NCBI RefSeq assembly: GCF_902459465.1
Contig: NC_047070.1
Coordinates: 1,116,001 to 1,180,000, forward strand
DNA: 64,000 bases
Reading direction: 5' to 3'
Source of the DNA: Asterias rubens
Lineage: Eukaryota
Part shown: piece by piece, positions 26,101 to 38,843 of the stretch
Numbering within the stretch: position 1 is the first letter of the stretch
How the letters are laid out: each line of letters begins with the position of its first letter
Program-made: the position numbers and the translations under genes
The notes under the pieces: generated by a model
Seen by the model: only the letters and a program-made list of their open reading frames with translations
Told to the model about the DNA's origin: nothing
The model's database searches: none

Positions 26101-29100
26101 GATCTCAAATTCTAAACCCGAGGTCTTGAAATCAAATTCGTGGAAAATTACTTCTTTCTCGAAAACTTAGTCACTTCAGAGGGAGCTGTTTCTCACAATG
26201 TTTTACACTATCAACCTCTCCTGATTACTCGTCATCAAAAAAGTTTAATGATAATAATTATTTTGAGTAATTACCAATAGTGTCCAATGCCTTCAAAATA
26301 TAGCACTTTTTAACAACTTACTTGTTATTGCCATTAGCAAATGTCAAAATAGTAAACAAAACAAAAAGTTTTACAAGTTTTGGTTCACACTTTTTTTGAT
26401 TGTTTTTTTTTCTGAACCAATATCTTTTTGGATGAAGAAAAAAAAGTTCCTTGCTAAATAAATCAGATGTCTTTAAAATTATGACGTGTACGAAATTATC
26501 TAAAACATCATTCCTAATTAAAATTATCTCTTCAATGAAGTATTTTCTTCCACACAAAAAAAATCTTTTGCAGTTGAAAATTTAAAGCCTATTTAAAAGG
26601 GGGTTGAAATTTAATATTTGAATATGGAATTGGTAACACCTTGCCAAAAATACTTCAGAGGACCAAGCAATGATTTTAAACAGCTACCTGAGCGGAATGT
26701 TTTCAACAGAATTGGTATTTTTACTTGTTTATAATGTACTTGTTCACCATTTTAATGTAATTTTGATATGTGTACACTTCTGAACTTTTTCGTAATTATT
26801 GATTAAAAAATCAGGCCCCTACCTAAAGGTTTTTTAAAAAACTAAAAACACTTCTGCCGTTGAGAGCGGGCGTCAAAGGACAATGCCGCTGACGTCATTT
26901 GTGGGAGTTTGCTTTGTTATACATCCACGCGGCAACAAAGCGGCTTTATCTACTTATGACGTTTTGAGAGTGATTACGTAACGGGGCTTTTCGCCAATCT
27001 CGCAGAAAAGCTCTGGACAAGGGCATACAAAATGATTGTTTTTTTACACAATTGAAACCTAATTATAATCATATGACTTGATTTCCTTATTTATCGAAAC
27101 AAATTTAAGTGGAATTCAGCAAAGTTCACGACTTGACATTTTCGTTCAAGCAGGTCTTTAAACAACACCAGTTTTAAATGATTTTGAGTAAATATTCATT
27201 AAAAATTTCACAAACTTATCTGAAACATGAAGTTTTTCTTAACTAACCTTTGGAGTCTTAAGTTTTGATGACATCGGCCTGGCCTTGGTGCCCTTCGTTA
27301 TCCTAAGCGCCTTAGAGACGAGTACGGCAGAAGCAGCAGACGGCTTGGATGCTCCCTTCTTCACAATGTCAGCCCACCTCATGGGACCTGGGGTCTTCGC
27401 CTTTCCTGGGGTCTTGGCCCTCGGTGTCTTGGCCTTGGGTGTCTTGGCTTTTGGTGTCTTAGCCTTCGGAGTCTTGGGTTTTGGTGTTGCCTTGGCTGGC
27501 GTCTTCTTGGGGGACTCAGCAACAATCTTCACTGCCTTCTTGATGGTGGCAGGAGTCTTAGCTTTCGGAGTTGGGGTCTTGGTTTTCAGCACTGGTGTCT
27601 CCATCTTGGGTGTGATTGCCTTTACCTTCGGGGATGGTGTTGCAAGTTTAGGAGTGGTTGTCTTGGCTGCTGGTGATTTCTTTGTCTTGGCTTTCTTCGG
27701 GGTTGGTGTCTTGGCCTTGGGCGTCGGTTGTTTTTTGGCCGCTTTAAGTGCAATACCCTGTTTGGAAAAAATATCAGATACAAACTTTCATTAAATGTTT
27801 CATCTTTTAAAAATGAAACTTGTGCAAAGTAGAAATTGTTGCAAACATTTAAAGGGGTGATGTTGCAAGAGGTTGACTCAAAAACAAAACACTTTCCGTG
27901 GTACTCAGCACTTTGCTACCAAGCCCCATCTATGCAGCGCCAGGGCCTTCACACAGCACACCATCGACACATGGCACACTGTCACTTTATATCAAATGTG
28001 AAAACATTTTAGAAAAAAGGAAACATTAAAAGTCAAAACCTTAAAATCATACGTTTTTTTGGTCACACTACTAAGAGAGTGGGATTGGGGTTGTTTTATT
28101 TTATTTTGTCTGTAAATGTATAAAATTCCATAGGGTCGGCATGTTTTTCTAGGTACGGTCGGGTAACCGGAAACACACTTGTTATTTTATTTGGCCAAAT
28201 GAAAAATGGCCTTGCCCTCGCAAGATGAAATTCCAGGCCTGGAGTCAGTCGCAATCCCCATAATCCTTTTCTTTCAAAAAGAAATTACACTTGAAAAAAT
28301 TCCAAGCACAAAATCCAGAGGTTGCAGCTTAAAATTCCGCTTTCGTTAATTTGTCTTTGTTCAACCCAGTCAATTACCCTTGTTGTTTATAACTTGATAT
28401 TCCTTTTGAAAACTTGCCATACCATATCATGGGTTAACGTTTATTTAATAATAACTAAGGATAGCAAGTTTAAAGGGAAAAATTTATTTTTTGTAAAACA
28501 ACAATCAAAATGGTGGATGACAAATTCTTTCATTTGGTATTTCGACTCACCTGCTCAATTTCTGACTTTAGGCTGGGAGAAATCTTCTTGTTAGGAACAC
28601 GATCTTTCCTCTCGTCTGCTGCAACTTTGATGTCCTTCTGCAACTCTGAGGCTAGTTTCTTGGGAGTGGGAACCTTAGGTCTGGCTGCTGCGGCGGCCTT
28701 GATGTCTTTCTTCAAGGGAGTATCCATCTTCTTGGGAGTAACAACTTTTGGTCTTGCAGCAGCTGCAGCCTTGATCTGCTTTTGAACTGGTGTTGACATC
28801 TTCACTGGGGTGGCCTTCTTGGGTTTCTCAGCAACGACTTTGGCGATTTCCTTCTTCATCGGAGTGGCCATTTTTGGGGGAATGACTTTATTGGAGATGG
28901 AGTTTGCTGCCTTCTTGATTGCCTCTTTCAGTGGTGTGGCCATTTTCTTTGGTGTTGGCATGGCTCTTTCTTTAGCGGCAGCAACGATGGCAGTCCTCAA
29001 TGGGGTGGGCAGCTGTTTTATCTTCTTTGCAGTCGATTTAGGTGTTCGTTTGGACACCTTGCCTGACTTTACTGATGAAGGAGTATTGAACATTTCCGAG

Positions 29101-32100
29101 ATGCCACTCAAGCTTTCATTAGCAGGAGACTTGTTTTCCTTTGGCGTCTTATTTGCTGGCCTTTTTGAGGTGACTGGAGTAATAGGAGACGCTGCCTTCA
29201 CTGGGGTTTTCGCCTTTGGAGTCGCTGGTTTTGGACTTGCAGTGGTTGACATGGTTGCTTCTGCCTTGGCAGGGGATGGTGGTTTTACGTGCAACTTGAT
29301 TTTAATGGGCGATTTCTTAGGGGTCTTTGAAAGGGATTTTCTGGGTGTCTTGGATGACTTCGGAGTAGTTTGTGGAGACTTCTTTGCAGAGGTAGGCAAT
29401 TTAGCAGGTGTTTTAGCCGGTGACTTTTCTGGTGTCTTGGCAGGTGTCTTGGCCGGCGACTTGGCCGGTGACTTGGCAGGCGACTTGGCCGGGGACTTGG
29501 CTGGGGACTTGGCCGGCGACTTGGCTGGTGACTTGGCCGGGGACTTGGCCGGGGACTTTGCAGGCAACTTGGCTGGGGACTTGGCTGGTGATTTCGCTGG
29601 AGATTTGGCCGGAGACATGACCGGTGATTTCGCCGGAGACTTGGCCGGTGATTTCGCTTGTGACTTGACTGGTGATTTGGCTGGAGACTTGGCCTTTTCA
29701 AATTCCTCTTGGATGACAGTAGCAGCCAGAGAGTGACGCTGCCTCTTGATGAGACCAAGAACCTTAGGACTTTCAGTCAAACCACTGAAGGATCGCCTGT
29801 TGGTTGGGGTTGCACCTCGGCGTAGAGGAGTGCGAGGTGGCATGTGCTTGTCAAAGCGCTCTGGGCTTAGCTGAGGACCAAATGAAACACGCTTGCGTTT
29901 GGCACTTGGAGCAATGTTGTCTGTTGATCTTCGTTTCTTGCTGGATACTGGAGTCTTTTTGTTGCTCACAGGCGTCTTGGCTGCAAACAAAAAAATACAA
30001 ACATTTAACCACAATGATGAGCAGTTTTAACATTGGATTATGATAAATTAGTGTGTCTTCAGGCTTTAGAGCTTTTCATTTTAAGAGGAATTACTTGCTT
30101 TAACTTGTATGGATGGAATGCACATGCCGACATTGATAATGGGAACATGAACTCTTGTAAGCGATGCACAAGCCAAGAATAGCCTTTCACGTATTTACTT
30201 TGCATCAACATAGCCTTTCAAATTGTCATTTTTTTTCAACATAAATAACTTGTTGCACATAACTTTAACAGTAATGGATGATTTGGCAATTTGTCCTTAC
30301 CTTTTGGGGATGCTCTGGGCGGGGTCTTGGAAGCAGACTTGGATGGGGTCTTTGCAGCAGCCTTCGGGGAGGTCTTGGAGGCGGCTTTAGGTGAGGCTTT
30401 GACAACCTTGGGTGAAGCTTCCTCTCTCTCTTCCTTAACAGGAGCAGAAAGACGTCTGAGCTGGCCGATGCTTTTCTTCAGAGATTTTGCTGATCCTTTG
30501 GGGTTTCTGGGGCTGTCAACATTTGGTTTCTACAATGTGAAATAAAATTTGTTTGTTAATACACAGAATATTTTAAAAGCATGCTGCCATTAGTGCTACT
30601 CTTCTCCGAGGGTTGTAAAATACCAAGAAACAAAACTTATTTAACACAACAAAAATCACTTGGGACTTAAGAATCACCAGAGACTTTTGACATGAGGAAA
30701 CCAAACCCAACCACTTTACCAGATGTGAACACGTTGCTCAACCATGGGGAAGGACTAGCTGTTTCCAAAAATTGGTTAACCTGCAAGTTTTCTCAGACTA
30801 GAGGTGTGTTTAATTGTACATGGTGTTGCCAAAAAAACAACTAGACTGCCCTTCCCTAATGCAAACCGTTTAATCCTATAATAATGGGTAACTGTGACCG
30901 TTTAAGAAGAAAAAATCTGTACTTGTTACAACAGCCGGGAAGTACACTAAATAAAATCCCATCATTTTTTATTATTTTGTGCCATCTCTTGATGGTGACA
31001 TCAAAGCACTGTTTACCTTTGATGCGCTCTTCTTGATCGATCCGAGAGAGCTGCGCTGGTTCTTCTTGGCAGAGGTGGGAGTTTCCTTCATTGGACTTTC
31101 AGTCTTGACTTTGACCGGTGTGGTGCTGGTCACCGGAGTCTTCTTGGCAGACTTGGGAGTCGCCACCTTAGGTGATGCCTTGGGAGTCGTCGCCTTGGGA
31201 GTCGTCGCCTTGGGAGTCGTCGCCTTGGGAGTTTTCACCTTGGGAGTCGTTTCCTTAGGAGACGCTTTAGGAGACGCTTTAGGAGATGCCTTAGGAGACG
31301 CCTTAGGAGTCACCTTGGGAGATTTCTTGGACGCTGGACTGGTCTTCGGAGTCGCTGTCTTCTTGGCAGAGGACGGCGTCTTTTCTTGGCTCTTAGATGG
31401 GGTCTTTTGTGGAGCTGTTAAGATTAATCATCATAATCATTAGTGTGAGACAAAAGAATTGTGAGAATTTTGTGTAGCAAAACCGTGATTAGACAATTAC
31501 TTTAAATCTATCCGATTTTTAAAGATGACTAGCCTTTTCACACTATCGACCTTCGCTCCGTGTCGAACCTTATCCGAATAAGGGCTGTGTTGGTTCGGTA
31601 AAATTTCAACACGGATACAAACAGCTTTGCTTTCACACTAGCTCTGCAGGAAAACAGCTTTTTGGTTACACATGTAACTTTCAATCCGGATATTGTGCGA
31701 CCGTTTCACACTGCAAGGTCTTACACGGATCGAAGCAGGACGCGGCTACTTTTTATGTAAGCAGCGCCTTTTGTACACGGTTTTTCTTTACGCGATGGAC
31801 AACTGTAGTGTGGATGGCAACTAGCACACTTAACACGGATCGAAAATTAACCCTGAGGTGTTCACACTACGCCTGTTGATCTGTGTTGGAATCTTCGACA
31901 CTGATAGAGATTTATCAACCTAACTCCTGGGCAGGGTTGGTTTCGACACGGATAAAGCGACATATCTGGATCGACACCGTGTTGGAAAATTGTAGTGTGA
32001 AAAGGTCAGTGCACATTATCCGGATCGTATCCTTGTCCAACACAAAGATTTTGTTGTAGTGTGAAACGGTCTTATGTCTTAAAGATAAATCTTTATCAAA

Positions 32101-34850
32101 TAGTGGTTTTTTCCCCACATTTTATTGTAAGCACCAAGTACAACCATCAATGACCTCATGTATAGTTTGCAATCGTCAGTTAATGATAATTTTCAACGAC
32201 ACAGAAAACCCTGACAGTTTTGGGTCTGGGTTAAACTAAGTGTCAGATGAATGATTTGCAATGTTTTATTTTGAAATCTTGCTTACTCTTGAGTTTAGAA
32301 CCACTGGTAGATGACACAACTGGACTCTGGACCGTAGAGGGTTCTCCCTTTCCAGGCGATTGTCGGAGGTTGTGGCCTGGGGGAAACTCAAACCTAAACA
32401 TACAAAAGCAAACAAGACATCTACATTTATGTATTTCTTTTTAAACAGTAAACTTGTTCAATCAAGTACCTTTTTTTTTTCCTTCTTACTTTTACTTCAA
32501 ACCTCAAACGTAAAATTTATTTAAAATGGTGAACAAACTCGATAATTTGTCCAAAAACATAAACAAACTGTTCATTTTGTCATAAAGGCAGAGTTATAGT
32601 TGGTCGCGCCATGGTCGGGATGGCGGGTCAAGATTTCCATCATGCGACGGACTATACACCAGCCTTGATTGCGTCGACAGGACTAGAAATTTCCGCACTT
32701 CACCATTAGTGCACAAGCACCATTGATGTCACAAACCAACCACTAGTTAACTTTTGGTTCTTGAGCAAACTCCCTCCATGTTACACCCACCAATTATCAC
32801 AACATCGTTGTGAAAAATGACTGACATCTAATGTTACAAGATATTAAAATCCGATTTGAAAATACACTCACCGGAAGGAGCGGTCAACGATGGTGAAGAC
32901 ATCCTTGTGCTTGAGACTGACTTTATCACTCAGGGTCTTCCCATTGATCTTGGTCGGATTAACTTCGCTCAGATTGGTTAGTGTAACCTGCAAGTTGCAA
33001 CAAGAAAGTGGGTAACAAATAGTTGTCGCAATGAAGCTGTGTAGCCGAGTGAGAGATTAGTGGGCTCCCTGGGCTAAGAGATAAAACGGGGCACAGAAAT
33101 TTTCTTCCAGTAAGAGGCACTTCTATGAGGACGAGGGCATCACAGCAAAAGCACCACTACAGCAATTGCTGTGGGTGATGTGGGCTATTTAGAGGCCTGA
33201 CTGGGTGATAAAAGCACCACTACAGCAATTGCTGTGGGTGATGTGGGCTATTTAGAGGCCTGACTGGGTGATAAAAGCACCACTACAGCAATTGCTGTGG
33301 GTGATTTAGAGGCCTGACTGGGTGATAGAACCACAACGTAAGAACCTAGCAAACATCAGGGTCATTCCATGTCAAATCAACCAGTGGTCCCCAGGTGACC
33401 CTCTCAGATTTTGATGAAACTTCATGAGAATGATTAGATGTGGCTCAAATGAACACATACAAAAAAGCTAAGTCGTACTCCATGTCGTTTTCGAGGTATG
33501 ATCCATTGAAATTTGGTCGAGGCGGCCATTTTGTGCGAGCACGAGACGCGAAATGTGATTTTTGTGATAATTTCCGATTTGAAAACTCATAATTTAGATT
33601 TTGTACCAGGTAGAGAGCTCAAACTTGGTATTCCATCTTACTTTTTGCCAAATTTCATGAATCTGCACTTCATTTAAATGTATCTCCTCAAATTTTCTAG
33701 TTATGGTCACCCAAAGTAGGCACTTTAATCAGCCGAAAATGTTTTTTGTGATAATTGGGGTCACCCTGTGCCCACATGAGGGGTCAAATGAATCCTATAT
33801 TCCCTAGGTATTATCTATGGGTGCATGTCTTTATCCATAAGCAATTATAAGCTCACCAATGCATTCATTCAGAAATAGCATAGGCCCAAAGTTGGTTCCG
33901 GCCAGAAAAAGGTCAAAAAGACCCCACCCATCTTGACCCCGTTTGACCCCGCGATCAATTGAAACATTTTTTGAAATTGATACCAGTTAAACATTTATAT
34001 ATCTTCTTATACACCAATTTTCAGCTTTGGCACTCAACTCCTTCATGGTGTGGTGGCAATTTGAATATTATATGTAGGGAACTTTTCTGAAAACTGGTTG
34101 ATTTGACACGGAATGACCCATCAGCAACAAATCCGAGAATAAGTTGTGACATGGTCAACCTTAATCAGTTTTAAAATTGAAGATATGAGTAGGTACAAGA
34201 TATAATGAACCATTATGCTAATTACATGCATGAATGCAGACACGGTTGGCATAAATTGGATAGAATTGTACACTTGGTAGACGCACTGTGTCTGTGTAAT
34301 GCGTCTCTCCACCATCAGCCCCTTACAAAAAGGCGCAATGTTGCCTTACTCTAAAATAATTATTAAGTGACATGAATACAGATTCAATCTACTTACTTTG
34401 TCAGTTCCAACAACATCAATGCGACAATGTTCCTTTGACACATTAGGAAGCTGGATCCTGATGTCACATTCATTAGTCCTAAAAAATGAAAAACAGATGC
34501 AAAACTTTAATTAAATCGTATACAAATGGACTTTATCTATTGTCTATCAAAATTTCCCTTTTGGTTTTAACTTCCTTGTTTTTAATAGTCATAAATATTT
34601 TAGCCTGATACTTCTATCTTGTAAGATAAAGGGGTAAGCAGGTAAAGGGTTTCCCTCAGTAAAAGGAGCCTTGAGGGGCATGCAAATTGTACTCTGAGGG
34701 GTCTGAAGGCAATTGCCTCAAATTATGGTTTTTTTTTAAAGTAGGCGTACAAACTTACCTTCCAAATAAGCACTGCTTTAGAGTGAGTGGAAAGTTGGCT
34801 CCATCCGACTCGTTCCGCTTGATAACGACTATCTTCCCAAACAACGGCAT
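23118..34850 (-). CDS. MKI67: Proliferation marker Ki-67 orthologue, 9 coding exons, about 1860 aa
   Basis: Exons in transcription order: 34850-34759, 34478-34397, 32987-32872, 32393-32287, 31414-31017, 30529-30301, 29980-28551, 27757-27248, 25736-23118. All junctions are GT-AG, phases match, and the total of 5583 nt is divisible by 3. Recognised elements: N-terminal FHA domain (MPLFGKIVVIKR...CLFGRTNECDIRIQLPNVSKEHCRI...HKDVFTIVDRSFRFE), PP1-docking motif KRKRVSFGPQLSPERFDKHMPPRTPLRRGATP, WADIVKKG, conserved domain STGHAASPATILIGR, and a long K/P/S/T-rich tail. Confidence 0.93.
25899..26296 (-). mobile_element. Kolobok-like MITE, family A, in the last MKI67 intron
   Basis: AAAGACACTGGACCATATTGGTAATT...AATTACCAATAGTGTCCAATGCCTT termini with the family A internal sequence. 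Confidence 0.8.
31531..32071. mobile_element. MITE with repeated TTCACACT/AGTGTGAA motifs, in an MKI67 intron
   Basis: Degenerate termini (GCCTTTTCACACT...AGTGTGAAACGGTC) and several internal TTCACACT/GTGTGAAA copies. Confidence 0.55.
33147..33327. repeat. 63-bp tandem repeat, about 2.9 copies
   Basis: Units starting AAAAGCACCACTACAGCAATTGCTGTGGGTGAT begin at 33147, 33210 and 33273. Confidence 0.9.
33359..34119. mobile_element. Non-autonomous DNA transposon with 4-bp target duplication (Sola-like)
   Basis: TIR GGGTCATTCC(A/G)TGTCAAATCAACCAG at both ends, with ATCA directly repeated on both flanks. The superfamily is inferred from the termini and TSD length. Confidence 0.75.
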
Positions 34851-35799
34851 TTTCTGCAGATAAATGACATTTTCGACACAATTCTTATGATTAAAATCTG
34901 CAACTAACAACAAATTATAGGCATGACAGACAACAGCTCCACAAAGCACTGAAGAGAAGGTCGTATGTCAAGGAAATTGTCAACTACACCACAGACAAGA
35001 AAGATTTTACTTAAAAAACTCCCAAACTTTTTGGAGGAGATTCCCATTGTTATGCTTAATTGTAATCTGTGTCTCACTGTCTGGAAAAACACTCAGAACG
35101 TGTACACAGTCGTTGGGTTACTGGTCAAGTGCTAAAAAATACTGGACTGACTCTGGTCACATGTCCTGTCCTGTGGTTTGAGTCCTGCAAGTTCACAGAC
35201 CACTTTCCCAGCTGTACCAATTCAGTAGACTCAACATAGTCTGTTTTAAGATATTTTATGCCCCCTCGTTCTAGCCCAGTGTAGCATTGATCACACACAA
35301 GAAGGAGAAACTTACAGTGGACTTCCGTTAATCTTGTCTATTGAGCAGGCAGTGAAAATCTGTTGAATCTATTATTTCCCATGACCCCAGAGGCGTCCTT
35401 AATTTTTGTTTAAAGAAATTATTAAGAAAGATTTAGACTGCACTCTGTCCATTCTGTCCATTCTTCTCACTTGGTGTATCCTATCATAAACATAAAGTAA
35501 CAAGCCTGTGAAAATTTGGACTCAATCGGTCTTCAATTTCAAGTTGCGAGAAAATTATCACACGGCAACTCCACCCTGCCGGCTTTAAACGGCCGTGTAA
35601 GAACTCGCCGCTACCCTTTTATTCCCTTAATTAAAATATGAACAGTGAGTCAGTGATTGTTCATGTTTGTTTACTCAACTTTCTGTAACTGTACGTACAA
35701 ACAGATTTGTGAAAGTTTATTTGTTGCAAATTGAACGAGGCATTGGCAGTTTATTTCCTGTGATTACAGCTAAAATTTGCTAGCTGATAAAAAAATTGT

Positions 35800-36000
35800 C
35801 AGAGATTTTTGTTAACAGTTTTCCCAAAACCTTTCCGTCCGCATGCGCGGTCAGTTTTTAAAAGTTGTTTAAAAATGCGGTGGAACTTTTTGAAACGGGC
35901 TTTGACGGGCTTGAACGTGTTTGGTTTACGAGTCGATGGACGGCTACAGAGATTTTTGCTAAAAAGGTGATTTAACGGAGCGTGATTTGCCGAATAAGGT
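35800..36000 (-). promoter_or_regulatory. Putative MKI67 promoter with CHR-like and MYB-like motifs
   Basis: CpG-rich patch about 1 kb upstream of the MKI67 ATG, containing TTTAAA (35858, 35868), TTTGAA (35889), CTTGAA (35910) and TAACGG (35973). The functional assignment is inferred. Confidence 0.4.
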
Positions 36001-38843
36001 TTATCGCAAATAGCAAAATATGAAGAGAGGGCGCTGTTGAACCCCCACAATGTTATAGGCCATGTGTGCACGCCATGCATGGCACATACACCGCTGTAGC
36101 AAGTGCCCCATCTGCCTACCCATAACGCATTGCGGTTCTGAATCTCGATATATACCTTATGGCGGGGACTTTTTGCCCGGCGGCCCAGTCAACGATTCTG
36201 TGCATGAACCCTGGTTGACTGTGCACACTGATGAACGTCGCTTTAAACTTACGATTATGACGCAGTTGCGTAAACTTTTGTGAAATCGGCCGCAGGGCAC
36301 TGGTCCAACCCAGCAATTTTTTCCAATATTACTAATAATATTATAATAATTAGACAGTTAGACTATTTGTAATATATTTTAATTGTGTATAATTATAATA
36401 TTAATTAACATGATTAAGGCTGAATAAAACTAGTCTTTAGCCTTTTTAACCTTATTTTACGGTAGGCCCCCTTCTTAAAAAAGATTTGATTTTTCAGTGC
36501 AAGCAAGAGTGATTTTTCTTTTTTGTCCCGGCCGTTTTCGGTAGGTAGGTGCCGAATTTTTATTCATTTTGTGCATGTGCCGAGTTTGCTAGGTGCCGAG
36601 TTTGCAAGGTTCCAAAGTGACCGGTACTGTACCCCGCCGTCGTCGTCAGTCACGTCATAAGAAACTACCTCAAACCTGACACATTTCACGTGTTCTTTTT
36701 TTAGTAATTTTTATGAAAACATTTCACAGAATACCACACACGAAAGCCTAGACTAACATTAAACAAAGTTTACCACAATTTGTATAACTCTTTAAACGAC
36801 CTAACTTAATGAATTATACTGAGTGCACGTTTTTAGTTTGTACGAAGAAAGGCGAAGGTTTCGACCCCACGAAATGCCCGGTTGATTGTGCACACTCGAC
36901 TGGGTCAACCTTGCACTCAGTACAAACGGTACAAACACAACACGACATGACAAAAGATTCAGAAAATCACTCATTGAAAACCATTATTTTAAGCAACCAG
37001 AATACTCCTTACCTTGATTTTAGTACCTAGATTATTTTGAATACTTGATAACACTAAAAACGAACATAACTTGATGAATTTGGAGTACAATTGCGACGAA
37101 ACAACTGCAGATTTTGTACTCCCCGCGTTCGGACTGTTTACCTATCGCTTTTTTCAACCGTTCAATTCAAAGCTGTGTATTTTTTTCACGTTAACCGCTT
37201 TGGGGCCGAATTTCACAGATATTCATCCGCGTCGTGAAATTAGTGCTCATAATTTGTTTACATTTTTTGAAACAAAATCGTTGAAAATTCAATAAGTTGC
37301 TTTTGATTTGTTGTTATATTTAATAGTATCTTATTTTCTGGAATCAATGAACAAATCCATAGTGAAAAATAATCGAGAAATATTTTATTGGCACCAATCC
37401 GCGGACGAATAATTTTCTAAGCCTCTCCGCCTCTGTCGTCATTCATAATAATAGAAGGATAAAATTTAAAATTCTATAATTCAATTCTGTGATTGGATGA
37501 CCGCGGGATATTCAATTATGCAAATCAGATGAACACCTGTAAAGCTGAATTATTCATAACAAAGGATGCCTCGCATAATACGTTAATTATGTGTTTTCTT
37601 TTGTACTCGCTAATTACACTTAAAGAAGTACATGTATGGTGAAACACTGTTGCTATTGTTATTTAAATGTATTTATGTTTTACTTGTTTTCCTGATATGA
37701 AGGTTATTGCGCGTATTGTCCACCAGTCTGAATGCGGGACATGTTGTAACATGTTTTCTCGCACTGGGCGTGGTTGTCAAAACAAATGATAACGGTTTTT
37801 CATTTCTCTCTTTGTGTTACAGTGCACTATAGTTGTCGCAAGTATAGGCATTATAAAATAATACGGGGTAAAGCAAAATCGAATGGCAATTAAAATTGGA
37901 CTAACAACATTTTGAGCATAATAAGTTGCAAATCTACTTGAGGAAAGTAATGTCTAACCTAAGCGGACGACGTCTTACAAGGCCATGTAAAAGTATTTTA
38001 AGGCCAATATGTATAGACGCTGCTCTAAAAGTCGGGCCTCACCAAAGGCAGTTCAATGCAAGAGTTCATATTAAAACATGCATTAAAAATATAACATTAT
38101 GATAATTTAATAATCATGAACTATTTATTAGAAAGCTTTGGGTTAGGGCCATACATGCACATTGTTTTAATTTTAAATAGGCTCGGGCCTATTTATTAGC
38201 AAATCGGTGTTTATTTTGTAGGGCTAGCTGATCTCTTGCAAATTAATATACAAATTTTAAAAACAAAGTTTTATCTACACTTCTTTTTCTTTGACTGAAA
38301 TGAAACCAAAAACATGCGATATGACAAAAATACACAGAAATTAGGAAACAGTTGCCTCACAATAACATTCTTGTCTCCTCCTGATGATGACTAGAGCAAG
38401 CTAGTCGAATGCAGAACTGACTCCGCGGTAGTGCAGTTAATCACGATCCCATAATCTAAGGATAGTAGTCCTCGCCTATTTTCTATACTATCCGCCCGGG
38501 TAATAGTTAATATAGCGGGACAGTTCTTTTTAGAACTGAGAAGTCTCCCGAACCTCCGAACATCTAATAAGTAATAGTAGAACAAAGCGAAGCAAGACAG
38601 TTCTCTAAGAACAAACTCTACCTGGCAAGTAGATACACACATGGTGTTACCGCAAACCAAATAATATATTGATACCTCAACATGCAATGCCTCAAATTAT
38701 AAATAACATTCTTATCAGTGGATTTTGTTATAGAATTTTGAGTAATTAGCAAAATTCATGCGATGCACGATCGACACAAAAGGTCAACGTTTCCAGTCCG
38801 CACCTTGGCGCCCGAACTTGCGGAGGGTATTGCTATTTGTCAC

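Noticed and set aside
23125-31443. Long plus-strand ORFs opposite MKI67 (for example 23125-24177, 27285-27794, 28810-29736, 30979-31443)
   Set aside because: They are antisense shadows of K/P/T/A-rich repetitive coding sequence, which seldom produces stops on the opposite strand; the products are low-complexity and unrecognisable.
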